Assembly: GCA_902465265.1 (NCBI GenBank)
Contig: CABQMF010000001.1
Coordinates: 5,652-69,651, forward strand
Length of the DNA stretch: 64,000 bases
From: an uncultured Collinsella sp.
GTDB lineage: Bacteria > Actinomycetota > Coriobacteriia > Coriobacteriales > Coriobacteriaceae
Reading direction: 5' to 3'
Below the pieces are notes generated by a model. That model searched no databases. It was not told the origin of the DNA and saw only the letters and a program-made list of their open reading frames with translations. The number at the start of each line of letters is the position of its first letter. The stretch's first letter is position 1. Both the position numbers and the translations under genes were made by a program. Below, in pieces: positions 16,579 to 25,158 of this stretch.

Positions 16579-19344
16579 ATGAATCAGGACCGCCAAAACA
16601 GCCAAAACCACGATACGGAGCACGCGGGTCGTGACCAGGAGTTCGCGACATACCGTACCGCTCAGAGCTCAAACGATATGGTGCCGACGGTTTTTCGCCG
16701 CGGCATCTACCGCACAATCCGCGGCAGTCTTAAGCGCTTCTTATCTATCGTGGTCATCACCGCGCTTGGCGTGAGCGTGATGTGCGGTCTTAAGGCAGGC
16801 TGCGAAGATTTGCGCGATTCGGTCGACGCCTATTTTGACCAGCAGAATGTCTATGACATTAACGTGCAGTCGACCTATGGCCTCACGCGCGACGATCTTG
16901 CGGCTATCCAAGAGGTCGACGGCGTCGAGACGGCCGAGGGTATCTACACCGAGACCGCCTACACCGCCGTGGGCACAACGCGCGAGCGCGTGGTCGTGCA
17001 GAGTCTTTCCAAGGAGAATATCGATCAACCGGTGCTGGTGAGCGGCGATTTGCCCGAGAGCGCCGGTGAGGTCGCGGTGACTTCGAAGTTCCTGAAGGCT
17101 TCGGGCAAAAGGCTCGGCGATACGGTGAGTTTTGCTGCCAATGACGCGAGCTCGTCGAACCAAAGCGCCAAGGACCAGTTTGCCGCGGGCGATTACACCA
17201 TCACGGCCGAGGTTCTCGATCCCACCGACGTGAGCTCCGACTCGACAGTCAACGCCTTTCGTGCTGCTTCGGCTGCGGACTATAAGTTCTATGTGAACGA
17301 GGACGCCGCGACATCTTCTTCCTACTCCTCGGTCCACGTGATCGTCGAGGGAGCCAAGAGCCTCAACTCCTATTCGGATGCCTACACGACAAAGATCAAC
17401 GAGGTCAAGGGCAATATCGAGAAGATCCGCAAGGAGCGTGAGAAGGCACGTGCTCAGGAGTTGACGGTTGACACGCCGGCAAGCTTGGATGCGGCCGAGC
17501 GCCAGGCGAATATGCTCTTTGGGATTGAACAGGGCAACATCGACCGTATGGCCGAGGGCAGCGACGAACGTGCACAGGCGCAAGCTGACCTGGACCAGCG
17601 CCGCGCCGCCGCTGACCAGCATTTTGCCGATGCCCGCGCCGAGCTTTCCGATCTAGGCGAATGTATGTGGTACATCCAGGACCGCGGCAATATCGCAAGC
17701 TACTCGAGCGTGGAAAGCGATAGCTCGTCAATTGAGGCCATCGCCACGGTGTTCCCGTTTATCTTCTTTATCGTCGCCGTGCTCATCAGCCTCACCACCG
17801 CCACGCGTATGGTTGAGGAGGAGCGCACGCTTATTGGCCTGTATAAGGCGCTTGGCTATTCACGCGAGCGCATCCTGTCCAAATACGTGGACTATGCGCT
17901 GTGGGCATGTCTGATCGGCGGCGTGCTCGGCAACATCATCGGCTTTGTGGGGCTGCCGCTGTTCCTGTTTACGGTGTTCGATGACATGTACTCTCTGCCC
18001 CAGATGCTGCTTTCGTACGACATCGTGTCGTCGCTCGTGTCGGTTGCGCTGTTTGCCGTGGGCGTAGTGGGCGCCACGATTATCGCCTGCCGCCACGAGA
18101 TGGCCGAGACGCCTGCTTCGCTCATGCGCCCCAAGGCCCCGCGTGCCGGCTCGCGCATCTTGCTCGAGCGCATCGGCTTTATCTGGCGCCGCATGGGCTT
18201 TTTGAACAAGGTGGCAGCGCGTAACCTGTTCCGCTACAAAAAGCGTGCCTTTATGACCATCTTCGGTATCGCCGGCTGCACGGCGCTCGTGATCTGCGGC
18301 ATGGGCATCCGCGATACGTCGGTGGCGCTGTCGCCCAAACAGTACGGGCATATCACGCGCTACGACCTGCTGGCGGTCGCCAATCCCGACGATTTTTCGC
18401 AGACGTGCGCGGCATTGGATGAGCGCAGCGCGGCCAATGATTCCAACGTGACCGTGACCTCGACGCTACCGATTATGATCGACAACGTCACCTTTACGTT
18501 TGGCGGCAAAAGCGAGACCGTGCAGCTCATCGTGATTCCTGACGACCGCACGGGTGACTTGGGCGATTACGTGCGCCTGGAGGATGAGTCCAAAGACCCG
18601 TTCGCCCTGCGTGACGGGGACGTGTATTTAAGCAAGAGCTCGCAGCTGGTGCTGGGGATTCAGCCGGGCGATACGGCTCACGTCCAGGATTCGTCGCTCA
18701 AAGTTGCCAAGGTCAAAGTCAGCGACATCTCGCTTAACTATCTGGGCAACACGCTTTACATGACGCAGGGCACCTATGAGCGCACGTTCGGCCGAAGCGC
18801 GCGTCTTAACGGCATCTTTGCGCTGCTCAAGGGTTCGTCAGCAGATCAAATTGCGTTTAGCAAGAAGCTTAAGAGCGACGGTTGGCTCACCATCTCGAGC
18901 ACGGCCGAACATTGGGAGAACTACGAGGCCAACTTTACGATTATCAACTCTGTGGTGGTGCTCGTGACTTTTATGGCAGCGTGCCTGTCGTTTGTCGTGG
19001 TGTTTACGCTGTCTAATACGAATATTTCGGAGCGCGAACGCGAGCTGGCGACTATCAAGGTGCTGGGCTTCCGTCGCGGCGAGGTGCACCATTACGTCAA
19101 CAAGGAAACGCTGATTCTCACGGCGATTGGCGCCGCGCTGGGCGTACCGCTAGGCGGCTTGCTGGCCGAGAGCTTTACCTACATTTTGCAGATGCCGTCG
19201 CTGTACTTTGACGTCGAAGTCGAGCCGCTAAGCTACGTGCTTGCCGTGGTGCTTTCCTTTGGCTTTACATTTATCGTCAACCTCGCCACCAATCGTACCC
19301 TCAACAAGATCGACATGGTTGGTGCCCTCAAGAGTGCCGAGTGA
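16579..19344 (+). CDS. FtsX-family ABC transporter permease with large extracytoplasmic domains
   Basis: Two FtsX-type TM modules flank a domain of about 300 aa that includes a charged coiled-coil stretch. The ORF opens at GTG 16567, overlapping the ATPase stop; ATG 16579 was chosen. Confidence 0.85.
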   Translation: MNQDRQNSQNHDTEHAGRDQEFATYRTAQSSNDMVPTVFRRGIYRTIRGSLKRFLSIVVITALGVSVMCGLKAGCEDLRDSVDAYFDQQNVYDINVQSTYGLTRDDLAAIQEVDGVETAEGIYTETAYTAVGTTRERVVVQSLSKENIDQPVLVSGDLPESAGEVAVTSKFLKASGKRLGDTVSFAANDASSSNQSAKDQFAAGDYTITAEVLDPTDVSSDSTVNAFRAASAADYKFYVNEDAATSSSYSSVHVIVEGAKSLNSYSDAYTTKINEVKGNIEKIRKEREKARAQELTVDTPASLDAAERQANMLFGIEQGNIDRMAEGSDERAQAQADLDQRRAAADQHFADARAELSDLGECMWYIQDRGNIASYSSVESDSSSIEAIATVFPFIFFIVAVLISLTTATRMVEEERTLIGLYKALGYSRERILSKYVDYALWACLIGGVLGNIIGFVGLPLFLFTVFDDMYSLPQMLLSYDIVSSLVSVALFAVGVVGATIIACRHEMAETPASLMRPKAPRAGSRILLERIGFIWRRMGFLNKVAARNLFRYKKRAFMTIFGIAGCTALVICGMGIRDTSVALSPKQYGHITRYDLLAVANPDDFSQTCAALDERSAANDSNVTVTSTLPIMIDNVTFTFGGKSETVQLIVIPDDRTGDLGDYVRLEDESKDPFALRDGDVYLSKSSQLVLGIQPGDTAHVQDSSLKVAKVKVSDISLNYLGNTLYMTQGTYERTFGRSARLNGIFALLKGSSADQIAFSKKLKSDGWLTISSTAEHWENYEANFTIINSVVVLVTFMAACLSFVVVFTLSNTNISERERELATIKVLGFRRGEVHHYVNKETLILTAIGAALGVPLGGLLAESFTYILQMPSLYFDVEVEPLSYVLAVVLSFGFTFIVNLATNRTLNKIDMVGALKSAE

Positions 19345-19394
19345 CCTGCCAAAAAGGGACAGGTTTATTTTGGCAGGTTTTATCTGGGCAAACG
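19343..19394 (+). repeat. R-family hairpin repeat, copy R2 (overlaps the permease stop codon)
   Basis: GACCTGCCAAAAAGGGACAGGTTTATTTTGGCAGGTTTTATCTGGGCAAACG. Stem ACCTGCCAAAA/TTTTGGCAGGT followed by a T-run. Confidence 0.85.
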
Positions 19395-19430
19395 CCGGAC
19401 AACCATTATGTGGCCCGGCGTTTGTTGCTT
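19390..19430 (+). terminator. Second hairpin with a T-rich tail after the ABC permease
   Basis: CAAACGCCGG / CCGGCGTTTG stem followed by TTGCTTTGC. The left arm is the conserved tail of R2. Confidence 0.5.
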
Positions 19431-19503
19431 TGCTATCTTTTGCCCGCAGGCGTGGATGGAGGGCTTTCTTCAGCCTTCGAGATTGAGTTTGAATGGGTCG
19501 TAT

Positions 19504-19663
19504 GCCACAAAATGGGCCTATCTACTACGTTTAATTGGATACCGTCAACCATGCCGGGAAAACGAAAAATAAAACCGCAGGTAGAAGGCCTGTCGATTTT
19601 CGAAAAAGGCGGTCATGGTTGGCCCCATCGAGTTAAACGTAGTAGATGGCCCCTTTTCGTGGC
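19504..19663. mobile_element. 160-bp near-complete long hairpin (MITE-like)
   Basis: Arms of about 37 nt (19504-19540 and 19627-19663) are complementary apart from about 5 mismatches or indels. Inner arms CAACCATGCCG/CGGTCATGGTTG continue the stem. The core is AT-richer. Confidence 0.5.
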
Positions 19664-19715
19664 GGACCATCAAACGAACGCCGACGCTTGTGCTGTAGCC
19701 GCTCCGATCATTCGT

Positions 19716-19784
19716 AAGTTGCGGTGGAATAGTTCCTAGATTCAGCCATTTGCGGGCCAAGCAGGAACTATTCCACCGCAACTT
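19716..19784. repeat. H-family hairpin repeat, copy B
   Basis: Perfect 21-bp stem AAGTTGCGGTGGAATAGTTCC / GGAACTATTCCACCGCAACTT with a 27-nt loop. Confidence 0.85.
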
Positions 19785-19845
19785 AATTTCAGACCACGCA
19801 CCCGCAGCAAGAAGACGAATAACCTCGGCCTCCCCAGTTGCCGCA

Positions 19846-19966
19846 GGAGGCCCCAGGGCTTACCTCCCAAATCTTTCCGCAGGACGGAAGGACCCCGCCG
19901 CGCGAAGCGCACGGCGGGGTCCTGACATGTCCGAGGACGATTTGGGAGGTAAGCCCTGGGGCCTCC
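19846..19966 (+). repeat. E-family nested-hairpin element, copy E4
   Basis: Perfect 28-bp outer stem (19846-19873/19939-19966) and perfect 11-bp inner stem (19890-19900/19912-19922). Unpaired TTTCCGCAG and TCCGAGGACG motifs are present. The element ends about 20 nt from the pfkA stop. Confidence 0.85.
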
Positions 19967-19988
19967 GATGGGGCGGTTCCAGCCGAGG

Positions 19989-21068
19989 CTATTCGTCGCC
20001 GAAGCTGATGCCCAACGCTTTGGCCTCGCGCACCAGATCGCTCTGGGGATCGACATACTTGAGCTTGCCGGCGACCTTCTCGAGCGGCATGTGGCACATC
20101 TTGCCGTCACGCAGGGCAATCATGTAGCCAAACTCGCCGCGTAGGCACCCCAGTGCCGCCTCGACGCCGCACTGGGTCGCAAAGATGCGGTCCTGGGCGT
20201 CGGGCTGGCCACCGCGCTGCGTGTGGCCGGGGATGGCGACGCGGGTCTCGCGACCGGTCTTGGCCTCGATCTCCTTGGCGATGTCGTAGACAATCGACGG
20301 GCTCGTGCGCTCGGCGAGCTTCTTCTTGTACTCCTTCTTGGGCAGCGCCGCGTCCTCCTTGGAGATGGCGCCCTCGGCGACGGCCACGATGGTAAAGCGA
20401 CTGCCGGTCTCCATGCGATGCTCGATGGTCTTGATGACGTTATCCATGTCGTAGGGGATCTCGGGAATCAGAATGACGTCCGCGCCGCCCGCGACGCCGG
20501 CGTACAGCGGAATCCAGCCAACCTTGTGACCCATGATCTCGATAACGAACACGCGGCCGTGACTCGAGGCGGTGGTGTGGATGTCGTCGATGCACTTGGT
20601 GGCGACGTCGATGGCGCTCGTAAAGCCAAACGTCAACTCGGTGCCCCAGGTGTCGTTATCGATGGTCTTAGGCAGGGCGATAACGTTGAGGCCCTCTTCG
20701 CGCAGACGGTTGGCGGTCTTGGTGGAGCCGTTGCCGCCCAGCATAAACAGGCAGTCGAGCTGCAGCTTATGATAGGTGTGGACCATTGCCGGCACCTTCT
20801 CGACGCCGTCGGCCTCGGGAATATCCAGGCGCTTGAACGGCGTACGGCTTGTGCCCAGAATAGTGCCGCCACGGGTAAGGATGCCGCTAAAATCGGCGGG
20901 CGTCATGACACGGAACCTGCTGTAGATAAGGCCCTGGTAGCCGTCCTCAAAACCATAGATCTCGATAGGTTCTTCGCTATTGGTCATAAGCGTTTTGACA
21001 ATGCCGCGCATGGTGGCGTTGAGCGCCTGACAGTCGCCGCCACTGGTAAGAAGACCGATCCTAAGCAT
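19989..21068 (-). CDS. pfkA: ATP-dependent 6-phosphofructokinase
   Basis: MLRIGLLTSGGDCQALNATMRG N-terminus, GGNGS and IMGHKVG motifs. Confidence 0.9.
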   Translation of the reverse strand: MLRIGLLTSGGDCQALNATMRGIVKTLMTNSEEPIEIYGFEDGYQGLIYSRFRVMTPADFSGILTRGGTILGTSRTPFKRLDIPEADGVEKVPAMVHTYHKLQLDCLFMLGGNGSTKTANRLREEGLNVIALPKTIDNDTWGTELTFGFTSAIDVATKCIDDIHTTASSHGRVFVIEIMGHKVGWIPLYAGVAGGADVILIPEIPYDMDNVIKTIEHRMETGSRFTIVAVAEGAISKEDAALPKKEYKKKLAERTSPSIVYDIAKEIEAKTGRETRVAIPGHTQRGGQPDAQDRIFATQCGVEAALGCLRGEFGYMIALRDGKMCHMPLEKVAGKLKYVDPQSDLVREAKALGISFGDE

Positions 21069-21208
21069 GATGAATCCTTCCGGGCAAGTTATAACATGCG
21101 CATAAGTTTACCCCCGCACATTGTTGATACGGGGGTAAAACGTGTTAGCTCAAGCGTATAGAAATGTAAGCAACGTCAGGCGAGCGTAAGGTCGACGGGC
21201 CCGGCTCC

Positions 21209-22294
21209 TTACAGTGCGAAGGCGTCGACGTCGCCCCAGTGGCGGCGCAGCGTAATAGCGGCGGCGGGTTCGGTATTGTCAAAGACGACCGACCATTGCG
21301 TATTGCTGGTGATGTCTTCCGGATTAGGCTCTTGCGCTGCGGCGCGCAGGGCCTTCCAAGCGACTGCCTCGTCCTGGGCGCCGACATGGGCGTCAAGGAC
21401 ATCGGCGATTGCGAGGGCGCGTTCTTTACCATGGCCCAGCTCGCCATTCTTTTGGTTGGGCAGCACTTCGTCGCCATAGCAGGCGTAGAAGTTCGTAACC
21501 TGGCGTACAGGAGTCGCTTTGAAAGTGCGGTCCGAATCATGCGGATCCCACTCTACTACGCGCGCGTCACCGGCGGCGTCGTTGATAAAGAAGTGGTAAT
21601 CGCGTCCTGCCATGGCGTGCATGTCGTAGGCAGAAAGCAGGTCTACGGCCTCCTGCGTGGTGGCGGCACGGTCGAGCACCAGACGGATGGCGAGCGAGGT
21701 ATTGATGACGGGACGCTGCGTGTCCTGGTCACAGGGTTTGGAATCCAGGGTGAGTACGGCAATGGACACGCCACATTCGTTAACACCGTCGAGCTGGGCA
21801 AACGGGCCCATGAGTGCGGCGGCACGTCCGCCGACGGAGTCAAGCGGAGTGTTATCGCCCAGGTTGTTAAGGGCGGCAAACCCGATGGAGGCATAGCCGC
21901 CTCGTGGGTGATTGCGCACCAGCAGCGCCGAGGTGTCGTCCTTAAAGTCGTAATTGCGACCGGTGCGCACGCGGCTTTCGGCATCTACGGCGACAAAAGC
22001 GCTGCAGGCAAACTGGGGTGCCTGGACATGTGCCGGCACACCGGGCAGCACCTGCGCCACCACGGCATCGATGTAGGCCTGGTCGTCGCGCACGCCAGCG
22101 GCGATGATGCGATCAAGATCGTAGTCGTAGGCGATGTCGATTGCGTACAGGTCATAGCCATCCGCATAGCCGGTCAAGCGTTTGAGCGACGCGGCGGACT
22201 TGATTTGCTTGCGGTAAACGATACCGGCGACAGCGGCAAGGCCGACCGCGACCCCCGCGACACCGCAGGCGATGGCAATGTTACGTGGCTTCAT
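21209..22294 (-). CDS. Membrane-anchored Ntn (Cys-nucleophile) hydrolase, C45 / choloylglycine-hydrolase-like linear-amide hydrolase
   Basis: N-terminal TM helix, a pro-region of about 65 aa, then FACSAF (Cys97) and GRNYDF motifs typical of autoprocessing Ntn amidohydrolases. Confidence 0.65.
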   Translation of the reverse strand: MKPRNIAIACGVAGVAVGLAAVAGIVYRKQIKSAASLKRLTGYADGYDLYAIDIAYDYDLDRIIAAGVRDDQAYIDAVVAQVLPGVPAHVQAPQFACSAFVAVDAESRVRTGRNYDFKDDTSALLVRNHPRGGYASIGFAALNNLGDNTPLDSVGGRAAALMGPFAQLDGVNECGVSIAVLTLDSKPCDQDTQRPVINTSLAIRLVLDRAATTQEAVDLLSAYDMHAMAGRDYHFFINDAAGDARVVEWDPHDSDRTFKATPVRQVTNFYACYGDEVLPNQKNGELGHGKERALAIADVLDAHVGAQDEAVAWKALRAAAQEPNPEDITSNTQWSVVFDNTEPAAAITLRRHWGDVDAFAL

Positions 22295-22455
22295 GACTGC
22301 TCCTCTCGTCCTGTTAGCGCAATTGTCGCAAAAGGAACGCGGGCATGATGGCTCAACTTGGTGAGCGGCGCGGGATTAAACATGGAATGAAGAGTGCGGT
22401 GCTGGCGTGGCGGGGTATGCTGGAAGGGACTATCAACCCAGCGAAAGGGGAGAGC

Positions 22456-23841
22456 ATGACGGATCAGGAAACGCCCGAGCGCGCGCACGTGACGGCCGAC
22501 GATATCGAGGCCGCCAACGACCTCATTGACTTTATCGAGGCATGCCCCAGCATGTTCCATACGGCGGCGACCATTATGGCCGAACTCGACGAGGCGGGCT
22601 TTACCTACCTGCCCGAGAATGCGGCGTGGGATATCGAGCCGGGCGGTCGCTATTACACGCAGCGCAACACCTCGAGCGTTATCGCCTTTAAGGTGGGCGA
22701 GGACCTGGCCGCGACGTGGGGCGAGGACGGCGTTGCCGGTGACTATCATTTTCAGCTCACGGCGTCGCACAGCGATTCGCCGACGTTTAAGGTCAAGGCC
22801 GTGCCCGAGCTCGACGGCGCAGGCGAGACGCTGCGCCTGAACACCGAGGCCTACGGCGGCATGATCGACTACACCTGGTTCGATCGCCCGCTGGCGCTTG
22901 CGGGCCGCGTGCTGGTGCGCGAGGGCGACCGTATTGAGAGCCGCCTGCTTGCCACCGAGCGCGAGGTCGCTATTATCCCGAGCCTTGCCATCCATATGAA
23001 TCGTGGCGTTAACGAGGGCTTTGCTCCCAACCGAGCCATTGATCTGTGTCCGCTCATCAGCGCCGGTGACCTTAAGCAGGGAGATTTTGACGCCCTGATC
23101 GCCGACGAGCTGGACGTTGAGCCCGAGCAGATCCTGGGCCGCGATCTGTTCCTGGTCAATCGTCAGGATGCGCGCATCTGGGGCTGGGCCGACGAGTTCA
23201 TCTCGACGCCCAAGCTCGACGACCTGGCCTGCGCCTATACCTCGCTGCAGGCATTTTTGGGCGCCGAGAACGCGCACGACGTCTCGGCCTTCTGCTGCTT
23301 CGATAACGAGGAGGTTGGCTCCGAGACCAAGCAGGGCGCCATGTCGACGTTCTTGGCCGATGCACTGCGCCGCATTAACGGCTCGCTGGGCTTTGACGAC
23401 GAGTCGTACCATCGCGCCCTTGCCGCATCGATGCTTGTGAGCTGCGACAACGCGCATGCCGTGCACCCCAACCACGCCGAGAAGTGCGATGCTCGCAACC
23501 AGGTCGTGCTCAACGGCGGTATCGTCATCAAGGAAGCCGCCAACCAGCACTACTGCACCGATGCCTTTAGCCGCGCGGTGTTCCAGGCCATCTGCGATGA
23601 CGCCGACGTACCCACGCAGGCCTTCGCCAACAAGAGCGATATGGCCGGCGGCTCCACGCTCGGCAATCTGTCCAATATGCAGGCGAGCATGCATGCTGTG
23701 GACGTGGGCCTGCCGCAGCTTGCCATGCACTCGAGCTACGAGACCGGCGGCGTGCGCGACGTGATGTACGCCATCCGCGCTCTCACCGCTTTCTACGAGC
23801 GCAACCTAACCATCAACGGAGCCGAAAGCGTGGAGCTCTAA
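22456..23841 (+). CDS. M18-family aminopeptidase
   Basis: Contains ASHSDSPTFKVK and CFDNEEVGS motifs. Start at ATG 22456 after the SD AAGGGGAG; the ORF opens at 22345. Confidence 0.85.
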   Translation: MTDQETPERAHVTADDIEAANDLIDFIEACPSMFHTAATIMAELDEAGFTYLPENAAWDIEPGGRYYTQRNTSSVIAFKVGEDLAATWGEDGVAGDYHFQLTASHSDSPTFKVKAVPELDGAGETLRLNTEAYGGMIDYTWFDRPLALAGRVLVREGDRIESRLLATEREVAIIPSLAIHMNRGVNEGFAPNRAIDLCPLISAGDLKQGDFDALIADELDVEPEQILGRDLFLVNRQDARIWGWADEFISTPKLDDLACAYTSLQAFLGAENAHDVSAFCCFDNEEVGSETKQGAMSTFLADALRRINGSLGFDDESYHRALAASMLVSCDNAHAVHPNHAEKCDARNQVVLNGGIVIKEAANQHYCTDAFSRAVFQAICDDADVPTQAFANKSDMAGGSTLGNLSNMQASMHAVDVGLPQLAMHSSYETGGVRDVMYAIRALTAFYERNLTINGAESVEL

Positions 23842-23891
23842 AACCTGCCAAAAAGGGATGTTAATTTTGGCAGGTTTTATCTGGGCAAATG
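23842..23891 (+). repeat. R-family hairpin repeat, copy R3 (loop variant)
   Basis: AACCTGCCAAAAAGGGATGTTAATTTTGGCAGGTTTTATCTGGGCAAATG. It starts 1 nt after the aminopeptidase stop. Confidence 0.85.
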
Positions 23892-23951
23892 CCAGTGGCA
23901 TTGCAAGCCGATAGAGCCCTAAAACGCCGCAGGTAGAGCAAAAGTCAGCGA

Positions 23952-24090
23952 GAGCCCGCCGTTTGAGCCAAGGTGCCGTGAAATGAAAAGGCGCTGACCT
24001 TCTGGTCGCGCCTTTGAAATTGAACGGCAGATTGGCCAAACGGCGGGCTCGCAGCGTCGGCTCATTACGCCGTTTGTAAAACGGCGTAAT
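23952..24090. terminator. Nested hairpin plus a 12-bp hairpin in a convergent intergenic region
   Basis: Outer stem GAGCCCGCCGTTTG(A)GCCAA/TTGGCCAAACGGCGGGCTC encloses AAAAGGCGC(T)GACC..GGTCGCGCCTTT. ATTACGCCGTTT-GTA-AAACGGCGTAAT (24064-24090) abuts the dehydrogenase stop. Confidence 0.45.
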
Positions 24091-24092
24091 TC

Positions 24093-25028
24093 TTAGTGTT
24101 CGATCCAGCAGCGGAGCGTCTCGCCGGCCTGCAGGTGACGCAGATTCTCCGCGGCGATGTCGACGACGTTGTTGAGCGTGGCGGCCAGGTGGAACCAGCC
24201 GGAGATGTGCGGCGTGATGAGCATGTTGGGTGCATCCCACAGCGGGCTTGTGGCGGGTAGCGGCTCGGGGTCGGTGACGTCGACCGCGGCGCCGGCGAGG
24301 TGCCCGGACTCCAGAGCGGTAACCAAGTCGTCGGCGATCACAAGGTCGCCACGGCCGCCGTTGGCAAAGAAGGCGCCCGGCTTCATCGCGGCGAAGAACT
24401 CGGCGTTCGCCAGGCCGCGGGTCTCGGGCGTGCTCGGCATAAAGGATGCGACGACGTCGGCCTCCGCCAGGCGTTCAGACAGGGCATCCATGCCGTCCAT
24501 GTCCTCAAACACAATGGGGTAGACGAGCGGATGGCGCTTGATGCCACGGACGTGCGCGCCCATGCCGCGGCAGAGCGTGGCAAAGTGGCCGCCGATATCG
24601 CCCGCGCCCAGCACCAACACGTTGGCATTTTTGAGCGAGGTGACCGGGCCCAAGTCCTCCCAGCGATGCTCGCGCTGCAGGTCCTGGTAGCCGGGCAGGC
24701 GCTTCATCATTGACAGCACCATGGCAAACATGTGCTCGCTTACGGCCTGACCGTAGGCGCCGATCGAGCAAGACAGCTTGGCGTCAGCCGGCACGGTGCC
24801 GGCGGCAAGGTAGTCGTCATAGCCGGCGGTCTGCAATTGCAACAGCTGGAGATGCTCGCATGCCGTGAGCATGTCAGGGTCGATGTTGCCCAGGATCACG
24901 TCGGCATCGGCGACCTGCTCGCGCGTGGCGGCGTCGGCGCTCGTGTAGATAAAGTCCTCGCCCGGAGCGCTCGACTCAAGAATTACGCGATGACGGTCGT
25001 TGACGGGCAGCAAAACCAGGATGTTCAC
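24093..25028 (-). CDS. D-isomer-specific 2-hydroxyacid dehydrogenase (NAD-binding)
   Basis: NAD fold VLVLGAGDIGGH and C-terminal ITPHISG. Confidence 0.8.
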   Translation of the reverse strand: MNILVLLPVNDRHRVILESSAPGEDFIYTSADAATREQVADADVILGNIDPDMLTACEHLQLLQLQTAGYDDYLAAGTVPADAKLSCSIGAYGQAVSEHMFAMVLSMMKRLPGYQDLQREHRWEDLGPVTSLKNANVLVLGAGDIGGHFATLCRGMGAHVRGIKRHPLVYPIVFEDMDGMDALSERLAEADVVASFMPSTPETRGLANAEFFAAMKPGAFFANGGRGDLVIADDLVTALESGHLAGAAVDVTDPEPLPATSPLWDAPNMLITPHISGWFHLAATLNNVVDIAAENLRHLQAGETLRCWIEH

Positions 25029-25046
25029 AAGCAGTCCTCTCCGCTT

Positions 25047-25098
25047 GACCTACCAAAAAGGGACAGGTTTATTTTGGCAGGTTTTATCAGGCAAAACG
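25047..25098 (+). repeat. R-family hairpin repeat, copy R4
   Basis: GACCTACCAAAAAGGGACAGGTTTATTTTGGCAGGTTTTATCAGGCAAAACG. Lies between the map terminator and the dehydrogenase start, antisense to both genes. Confidence 0.85.
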
Positions 25099-25103
25099 TT
25101 CAA

Positions 25104-25149
25104 ATAAAAACGCCGGATGCAAGACGAGCGTACCCGTCAGCATCCGGCG
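25104..25149 (-). terminator. Intrinsic terminator after map
   Basis: On the minus strand, CGCCGGATGC..GCATCCGGCG is followed by TTTTTATTT. Confidence 0.7.
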
Positions 25150-25158
25150 CATCTACAG

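Noticed and set aside
19341-19739. 132-aa ORF downstream of the ABC permease
   Set aside because: It reads straight through R2, the long hairpin and H copy B. The pseudo-peptide produced by the R repeat recurs at other R copies in different contexts, so the open frame is a by-product of repeats.
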